Below, piece by piece: positions 37,410 through 43,902 of a DNA stretch of 64,000 bases. The position numbers and the translations under genes are program-made. The notes beneath the pieces were generated by a model. The model had not been told where the DNA came from, searched no databases, and was given only the letters and a program-made list of their open reading frames with translations. The number at the start of each line of letters is the position of its first letter. Positions within the stretch are counted from its first letter, which is position 1. The DNA lies in the NCBI GenBank assembly GCA_045538555.1, contig JAZSRP010000049.1, positions 129,476 through 193,475 of the forward strand. The letters run 5' to 3'. Origin of the DNA: Eubacteriales bacterium. GTDB lineage: Bacteria; Bacillota; Clostridia; Oscillospirales; CAG-382.

Positions 37410-40400
37410 ATGAATAATCCCGAGAATCAAAAGTACAACGGAATACGAATGTTTATATCCTCTACCTTTTCGGATATGACCTCTGAACGCCAGCATTTCA
37501 ACGATATAATCGTACCAAAGCTGAGGGCCCTTTGCCGTGACAAGGGAGTTTCGTTTTTTTCTGTGGATCTGCGCTGGGGTGTAACAGAAGAGGATATCGA
37601 AAACGACCGCCTTGTGTCTCTGTGCCTTGAGGAGGTAGACAGGTGCAGACCGTTCTTTTTGGGCATAATCGGCAATCGTTACGGATCACGAATGACACAG
37701 GTGTCTCCTGCGCTTGCGGAGCAATATCCCTGGCTTGCAGACAGTCTCGGTGCCAGCTACACCGAGCTTGAGATACTGTACAATCTGTCCAAAAACGACG
37801 GTCACAAAAATTCACTGTTTCTTTTCAAAAATTGCACTGAGCCCCCCTCTGCTGAGGATACACATAGCATTGCACAGCTCAAAGAAAAAATACTGAAAAC
37901 CGCCAAGGATGAAGTGGCGGAGTACAGTGAGATCTCCGAGTTTGAGTATATTATAGTTTCCCGTTTTTCGACTTGGCTTGATGAGATTTATGGTGATACG
38001 GACGTTCATCTTGAGCGAGAAAAGCTCTTTTCACACAGCATTTCGCTTCATTTTGACTGCAACGAAAAAGAGGTAAAAAGCATTTCATCGTGTATACGTA
38101 TGACCGATTCCACACTGATTCTGCACGGAAACGGGCCTCTGGGAAAAACGTCCCTGCTCAACAGAGTTGCTGCGGAGTTCCCCGCAAGAATCGTCATCAA
38201 CTGTCGTGCGGATGAGTCCAACACGGAGTGGCATTACGTTGCGTTTTCCATTGTAAAAAAACTGATGGAGCATCCGGACGTCACAGTTTATGATTATTCC
38301 TGGTTTGAAGAAAACAGCCATCTTTGGGACAGCGGCCGCATTTTGACAGACATTGAGGAGGAGGCGCTGAATCAAAATTTTGTAAATCTGATCAAAGAGC
38401 TTCACTGCCGGCAAGAGACACTGCTTGTCATCAATGATATTGAATATATCCACGGAAGCCGTACAAAATACCTTCAGTGGATACCCCCTGTCACGGGAAA
38501 TAAATTCCGTATTGTGTGTTCTTCCAACGATGCCGATATTATAAACAGTGCGGAGATCATGGGGTGGCAGTGTCTTGAGATGCGGCAAATGGAAATATCT
38601 TCAGCCCGCCATATTTTGGAATCGGAGCTGAAGAAGTACGGAAAAAACTCAAAAGACGTTTTGCCGCTGCTGGATTCTGACCTTGCCGGATATCCGGGAT
38701 ATCTCATCTCGGCAATCGATTTTCTCAACTGCTTCGGCAGCTTTGATACGGTAGGTGAGATATCAAAAAAGCTGTCGGAGTGCAGTACTTTTACGGAGTA
38801 TTATGACCTGGTTTTTGATTACATAAAAAGTACGCACGGGAAAGAATTTTTTGATCTTTTGCTTACTGTTTTGGCGGCGGTTTCAATCTCGGTGCTTCCG
38901 TTGGAGGAATCGGGCAGATTCTTTGTGCTGACTGACCTGACAAGCTGCGACAAGTTCCAATGGACAGCCGTCAGCCGTTTGATGAGCGCTTTGCGCTTTG
39001 AAACAATCGGCGGAGTTCTTCCCACGGCGTTGCGAGATCATGTCCTGCAGGTGGTGCTGCAATCAAAAAAAGATGAGATCAACATTTCATTGGGCAGATA
39101 CTTTTTGTCTGTTTCCGACTACAAAAAGATCGGAACCGATGCCCGTGATCTGAGACTTCAAAAAAATGCATTGATCCATTTTGTTGCCGGCAGAGATGAA
39201 AATTCGGTTTCGGCAGTGCTCGGAAATACCGATGTGATGATGAACCTTTGCGCTTATGAAAAGGATGCTGTAAGAGCGGCTCTGGCATTTTTGATGCTTG
39301 AAACCAACCGCAACGTATCAAAAATTATTGCTGACAACATGGAGTTCCTTGATCGAAACCATTCAGGGCTTCCCGTTCAGGCAAAGGACGCTTTTTGCAA
39401 TCTCGACGCCATATATATGGACCTTTCATTGCAAAAAGAAATTGATCGTATCAATCAAGTCATTGACTCCGCAGCTCAAAACAAATTTGTTCCTTTCCTG
39501 GAAATCGAAAGAGTTGGAAAAGAGATGTTTTTGGGCGAGGAGATAACCATCGCTGCGGAAGAGAATGGCACGGAATATGCTCTCAATCTGTTGGAAAAAT
39601 ATAGGTCAATGGAGGATGACACTCCCCTCAACCGAGCCATGTTTGCAAACCTTAGGTCCGAGCTGCTATGGAAACACAGACAGGTGGGATCAATGGCGGA
39701 TTTTGAAGATTCTATCCGTCTTTCCACTGAGGCGGGAAGCATCAGTTTTATATTGTTTGCATACAAACGAAAGATAGATTTGCTTATACGTGAAAAGGAG
39801 TATGGGGAGGCAGTCAATCTTTCTTCAAAATGTGAAAAATGGTCTCGCGATCTGGGCTACGTGTTTTTTACTCTCTCGTTCTCAAACAGCATTGCCGTGT
39901 GTCTTTACCGCACAGGAAATATCGATGAATCGTTGGAAATATCCAAAAAATACTACGATATTTGCAAAAAGCACGGGATCACCCAACATGCGTTTACGTT
40001 TCAGCGGGGTATTGCCAACGCCCTCAATATCGGAGGAAAATACAAAGAGTGCATCAAGTTTTGCGAGGATTTTTTGAAAAACAAAAACATTGAATTCTAT
40101 CAGGAAGTGGCAATCGTTGATGTTCTCAAAGGTGCGTATTGCAACGACAACAGACCGGAAAAAGCTATACCGCTGTTGACAAAAATGGTTGAGGATCCAC
40201 GTCTTGACGGATCAAAGAGAATGCTGTTTTCGTGTACACTGGCGAGTATTTTGATCGCTCGGCAGGGCTTTTCAAAAAAAGCAGAGGTGCTTCTCAACGA
40301 TACGTTTTCAATTGCCCAAAACAATCGCAACTTCAGGTTGATACATTTTTTGCTCAATCGTCTTTACAAGGATTTGTGGATATCAAAAGATGGGATTCGG

Positions 40401-41597
40401 TTTTGGAACCGTTGGAAAACCACGCCGGGATACAACGAGTTTCTCACAGACAGCGCAAGCTTTGATGACGAGCAGTTTTCCAACGGAGCTGATTTTTTTG
40501 CAGTAAACAATCTCTCGGTTGCAAAAGCAAATGTTCAAAAGCTGAAAAGCGATTATCGTATTGCATTTGAACGAAAAAAATATGCAGAATCCGCCGAGAT
40601 TGCATACCGTCTTGCTATTCTGACGGCAGAAAACGAGAGCAAAGAGTCGATAGGTATGATAGTGGATGCTTTGGAATCTGCCCGACTGAGCAATGATCCA
40701 AAAATGTTCCGAGAGTATTTGACCTATGGAATAAAGCGTCTCATGCACTGCGGAAAACCAACGGATGAGGAATTGGCAAATCTCCTTGACCTCTACCTTG
40801 ATCCCCAATGCAAGGCATTTTTGAAAAACTGGGAAAAAGCAGGTGAGTACCTGGAGGACATAGACAGTGAGCCGATGAACTGCCTTGTGAGTATAATAAC
40901 GGCAAAAGACGTTCCAAACGAGCTCAAACTTATCTGCCTTGCGGATCTGTCGACGCTTATCATTGGCTGCCTTTCTCCGGCTGAACTGAATGATTTGATC
41001 GATATCGCCTCGCAAGAGGGTTTGGAATCAAATTATCTAAACACGCTATTTGCTTCCAAAACGGTACAGGTTTTTGAGAAACATGATGCTGTGTACGGAG
41101 AGGATTCAGTAAACATAATGAAAAAAACGGAAAAAAGGTTTTTGTCATTCATTTCGTCATCGGGGCGGTTTGAAATTGTGGGAGGATTCGGCAGACAGGA
41201 AAATCCCATTGATCCGAACATGGTATCGGAGAGCTTTACCGTTGAGCCAAAATGCGATTACGATCACCTCGGCCGTGTTCTTGCCACTGTTGGTGTTGCG
41301 GAATCTGCATCAAATGAAAAAATCGATCTTTGGTGCATCACTGACATCGTATTTTCCACGTTGACTCCCGAGCTTATGCAACAGGTTTGGGAGCTGATCG
41401 GCAACACTCCTCTGCCTCAGTATCAGGGGAAAGATTTTTGCCATGTCAATATCCAGCCCAACGAGATGCTCAGATGCATGGGAATGATATCTCTGAACTC
41501 AAAATTGGAGCTTCCCATGGTGTATAGGCTGTATTCTGACCTTGCAATCGATCTGATCCAAAAAGCAGATGCACTGGCAAAAAATCTTGATGGCTGA
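37410..41597 (+). CDS. DUF4062 (TIR-like) / STAND P-loop NTPase / helical (TPR-like) repeat protein, 1395 aa
   Basis: aa 12-92 (37443-37685) FISSTFSDM..ERQ...VDLRWGVTEED...CLEEVDRCRPFFLGIIGNRYGS matches the DUF4062 signature. Walker A is GNGPLGKTS (38127-38153) and Walker B is LLVINDIE (38421-38444). More than 700 aa of helical repeats follow, then a ~230-aa non-repeat C-terminus. Confidence 0.85.
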   Translation: MNNPENQKYNGIRMFISSTFSDMTSERQHFNDIIVPKLRALCRDKGVSFFSVDLRWGVTEEDIENDRLVSLCLEEVDRCRPFFLGIIGNRYGSRMTQVSPALAEQYPWLADSLGASYTELEILYNLSKNDGHKNSLFLFKNCTEPPSAEDTHSIAQLKEKILKTAKDEVAEYSEISEFEYIIVSRFSTWLDEIYGDTDVHLEREKLFSHSISLHFDCNEKEVKSISSCIRMTDSTLILHGNGPLGKTSLLNRVAAEFPARIVINCRADESNTEWHYVAFSIVKKLMEHPDVTVYDYSWFEENSHLWDSGRILTDIEEEALNQNFVNLIKELHCRQETLLVINDIEYIHGSRTKYLQWIPPVTGNKFRIVCSSNDADIINSAEIMGWQCLEMRQMEISSARHILESELKKYGKNSKDVLPLLDSDLAGYPGYLISAIDFLNCFGSFDTVGEISKKLSECSTFTEYYDLVFDYIKSTHGKEFFDLLLTVLAAVSISVLPLEESGRFFVLTDLTSCDKFQWTAVSRLMSALRFETIGGVLPTALRDHVLQVVLQSKKDEINISLGRYFLSVSDYKKIGTDARDLRLQKNALIHFVAGRDENSVSAVLGNTDVMMNLCAYEKDAVRAALAFLMLETNRNVSKIIADNMEFLDRNHSGLPVQAKDAFCNLDAIYMDLSLQKEIDRINQVIDSAAQNKFVPFLEIERVGKEMFLGEEITIAAEENGTEYALNLLEKYRSMEDDTPLNRAMFANLRSELLWKHRQVGSMADFEDSIRLSTEAGSISFILFAYKRKIDLLIREKEYGEAVNLSSKCEKWSRDLGYVFFTLSFSNSIAVCLYRTGNIDESLEISKKYYDICKKHGITQHAFTFQRGIANALNIGGKYKECIKFCEDFLKNKNIEFYQEVAIVDVLKGAYCNDNRPEKAIPLLTKMVEDPRLDGSKRMLFSCTLASILIARQGFSKKAEVLLNDTFSIAQNNRNFRLIHFLLNRLYKDLWISKDGIRFWNRWKTTPGYNEFLTDSASFDDEQFSNGADFFAVNNLSVAKANVQKLKSDYRIAFERKKYAESAEIAYRLAILTAENESKESIGMIVDALESARLSNDPKMFREYLTYGIKRLMHCGKPTDEELANLLDLYLDPQCKAFLKNWEKAGEYLEDIDSEPMNCLVSIITAKDVPNELKLICLADLSTLIIGCLSPAELNDLIDIASQEGLESNYLNTLFASKTVQVFEKHDAVYGEDSVNIMKKTEKRFLSFISSSGRFEIVGGFGRQENPIDPNMVSESFTVEPKCDYDHLGRVLATVGVAESASNEKIDLWCITDIVFSTLTPELMQQVWELIGNTPLPQYQGKDFCHVNIQPNEMLRCMGMISLNSKLELPMVYRLYSDLAIDLIQKADALAKNLDG

Positions 41598-41607
41598 AAA
41601 CCTTCAA

Positions 41608-41632
41608 CGAGAAAAAGTCTCGCGGTTTTATT
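41608..41632 (+). terminator. Weak candidate terminator after the STAND gene
   Basis: CGAGA-aaaag-TCTCG hairpin followed by cggTTTTaTT. The stem is short, so confidence is low. Confidence 0.3.
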
Positions 41633-41854
41633 GGTGCCTTTTAAGGCGTGGAAATAAAAAATCCCCACCGATCGGCTTCGTGTTCTTAGCGGAAAATCGG
41701 ATTAATTTTCTGGCAGGTCAATATGGTCTATCGGCTTTCTTGTGTATGTGGAGCCGGGCATCTGACCGGTTATCGAATCCGGTGGACAGCCGGGTGCTCT
41801 GCTTGCCACAGACAGAGAAAGCGAGTTCAAATGTTCTCCACACCAAAGGCGCCC

Positions 41855-41900
41855 TTGTATAAAGGGCGCTGTCAAAAATCTATTTGATTTTTGACTGAGA
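41855..41900. repeat. Left arm of an inverted repeat pair bracketing the XRE cassette
   Basis: Its reverse complement reads TCTCAGTCA-18nt-GACAGCGCCCTTTATACAA. The right arm at 43118-43157 has the same two blocks (9 and 19 nt, identical) with a 12-nt spacer. The left arm also folds into two hairpins of its own. Confidence 0.65.
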
Positions 41901-42007
41901 GGTTGTCGTTGAACAATATATGTGTATATGCTAGAATATTGGCAAACAGTTTGTGCAACTTGAATTTCGCTCCACCATACCCAAAATGGGGGTGGCTTAA
42001 CAGTCCA

Positions 42008-42036
42008 TTGACGGTTTACCTTGATTACCGTAGAAT
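42008..42036 (+). promoter_or_regulatory. Promoter of the XRE-membrane regulator (a second similar box lies at 41909-41937)
   Basis: TTGACG, 17 nt, TAGAAT. An upstream duplicate is TTGAAC, 17 nt, TAGAAT. Confidence 0.5.
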
Positions 42037-42057
42037 GATGGACGGAGGTAAACAGAT

Positions 42058-43065
42058 ATGACTGATAAAAAAGCTTTCGGCGCGTTTATAAAAATTAAAC
42101 GAACGGAAAAAAACTATTCACAAAAAGATTTGGCAGAAATGTTGTTTGTTACCGAAGGTGCAGTGAGCAAATGGGAGCGTGGGGTATCCTATCCCGACAT
42201 TACCTTGATTACCGATATTTGCCGTGTTCTTGACATAAGCGAACATGAATTGATTACTGCCTCAATCGACACAGAAACAAGGAAGATGAAGCACGAAGCA
42301 CGTAAATTCCGTGTGATTCGTGGCACATGGTTTTGGGTTCCGACAATATCCTATGCTGTTGCACTTGTAACCTGTTTCATTTGTAATCTTGCAGTAAACC
42401 ACACGCTTTCCTGGTTCTTTATTGTGTTGGCCGCATTGATTTGTGCATATACATTTGTACCAACAGTGATTTGTTTTTTTGAGTCGAAGAAATTTCTTGC
42501 ATTTACTGTTTCAACATACCTGTCTATTTGTTTGCTTTTGTTCACTTGTGCAGTATATACGAATGGTTTTTCGTGGTTCTTAACTGCCTGCATAGGCATC
42601 TTGATGGGATATGTGCTTTTGTTTGTGCCTGTCTTGTTATCAAAAACAAATTATTCTCGCTATAAATTCATCATTTCCGTTGCGGTCACACTTGTGTTGA
42701 CAGTTTTGATGATGATACACATTCGTATCCGGCAGCCGTTTATGCTCGGTAACGCAATTCTAATGGCTGTATACGGCTTTGCACCTGTAATTGCTTGTGC
42801 GGTGATATGTGCCTTCCCTTTTAACGAATTTCTTAAAACAGGAATCTGTACCGCCATCAGTGGAATCACGCTTTATTACACAAATCATGTGGCGACAGCT
42901 TTGTTTGGCCCATCTTCCGGCAGTTCCTATCAGGTAGATTTCCAAAACTGGGAACAATGCTTAAGCGGAAATGTTCAACTCATAGTGTTTTTATCATTCT
43001 TGCTTGTTAGTGCCGTCTTTTTTGTAATGGGATTCTTTAGAGTTATACGTAGCAGTAAACGATAA
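42058..43065 (+). CDS. XRE-family HTH regulator fused to a polytopic membrane domain
   Basis: N-terminal YSQKDLAEMLFVTEGAVSKWERG HTH, then ~7 hydrophobic helices. RBS GGAGG. Lower GC than the flanks. Confidence 0.8.
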   Translation: MTDKKAFGAFIKIKRTEKNYSQKDLAEMLFVTEGAVSKWERGVSYPDITLITDICRVLDISEHELITASIDTETRKMKHEARKFRVIRGTWFWVPTISYAVALVTCFICNLAVNHTLSWFFIVLAALICAYTFVPTVICFFESKKFLAFTVSTYLSICLLLFTCAVYTNGFSWFLTACIGILMGYVLLFVPVLLSKTNYSRYKFIISVAVTLVLTVLMMIHIRIRQPFMLGNAILMAVYGFAPVIACAVICAFPFNEFLKTGICTAISGITLYYTNHVATALFGPSSGSSYQVDFQNWEQCLSGNVQLIVFLSFLLVSAVFFVMGFFRVIRSSKR

Positions 43066-43117
43066 ATTGCAATATGACGAATAGATATAGGACTATCAAC
43101 GCTGTTATAAAACAATG

Positions 43118-43157
43118 TCTCAGTCAGCCTGTTCGGATGACAGCGCCCTTTATACAA
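43118..43157. repeat. Right arm of the inverted repeat pair bracketing the XRE cassette
   Basis: TCTCAGTCA (43118-43126) ... GACAGCGCCCTTTATACAA (43139-43157). See the left arm. Confidence 0.65.
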
Positions 43158-43188
43158 AGACACCCCCCATCCCTGCTGTATAATAGAA

Positions 43189-43237
43189 ATGCCTGCACGG
43201 CTCCCGCTAAGGGGCTGTACAGGCATGTGTTATTTTG
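43189..43237 (+). terminator. Long imperfect hairpin terminator downstream of the XRE gene
   Basis: ATGCCTGCACGGCTCCC-gctaa-GGGGCTGTACAGGCAT (about 16 bp, 1 mismatch, 2 G-U) followed by gtgTTaTTTTg. Confidence 0.55.
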
Positions 43238-43342
43238 TGTCACTCTTCCGCTAAAGACATCACGCTTTTCTCGGTGGGGATTCGTTATTGGGAAAAATTA
43301 GCCCTTTATAGCAGCCTGTGGTGCTATGCACAAAAGAGGGGA

Positions 43343-43792
43343 TTATATTTCCTTTGTGGCAAATCGGTAAAAAGAGACGACACTATCTTCGCTACCGTTG
43401 ACTAATCTTTTATAAACCTTATCATTTGGAGTGAGATAAGAACCATCGTCCTTAATCAATAAAGGTACATTCGATGAAGCTTCTTTTCCCCAAACAAAAC
43501 CTTTTTTCGTAAGCCCGTTTTTTAACAATGTTTCGCCTAAATATGAGCCGAATATAATTGCCATACTCCAAATCTGGTTTTCGGTAGGTTTAGAAATAGA
43601 AATATCTTTTGAATACCAATCTAATATTTCCTCCAAATATGTAATGCTGTTTTCAGAATAATCTAATTTTTTATTAAATTCATTTGCATATTCAATGGCG
43701 GAAACGCACATCTTTTGTGCATAAACTGCCCATTCGCCATTTGTGTTTTTAAGGTTTTGCTTTGGCTTTTTAAACATATCAAATAATCCCAT
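43343..43792 (-). CDS. Hypothetical cytoplasmic protein (AT-rich)
   Basis: RBS AGAGGTGG lies 5 nt before the ATG at 43792 (MGLFDMFKK...). 149 aa; family not recognised with confidence (possibly DUF3806-like). Confidence 0.6.
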   Translation of the reverse strand: MGLFDMFKKPKQNLKNTNGEWAVYAQKMCVSAIEYANEFNKKLDYSENSITYLEEILDWYSKDISISKPTENQIWSMAIIFGSYLGETLLKNGLTKKGFVWGKEASSNVPLLIKDDGSYLTPNDKVYKRLVNGSEDSVVSFYRFATKEI

Positions 43793-43902
43793 AAAACCAC
43801 CTCTTGGTTTTATTATAACAAAAAGGAATCCCATTTTCAACACCATACAAAAATCCGCCCGAAGAAATTCGGGCAGATAGTTTTGTTTTATAAAGTCAAC
43901 AA

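Noticed and set aside
36263-41597. Calling the TIR/STAND pair a Thoeris or Avs system
   Set aside because: Thoeris requires a ThsA-type (SIR2 or Macro/SLOG) effector, which is absent. Canonical Avs proteins carry a fused N-terminal effector and need no separate TIR gene. I therefore report it as an unclassified candidate rather than assigning a named family.
41764-41800. tRNA-like T-arm (ACCGG-TTATCGAAT-CCGGT)
   Set aside because: The loop has 9 nt instead of 7. No matching 5' acceptor strand, D arm or anticodon arm can be folded upstream, so it is not a functional tRNA. It is kept only as a possible decayed fragment in the findings.
41569-41862. 97-aa plus-strand ORF downstream of the STAND gene
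   Set aside because: It starts inside the STAND coding region and has no RBS. The translation is Arg/Leu/Ser-rich with no recognisable features. I treat the interval as non-coding.
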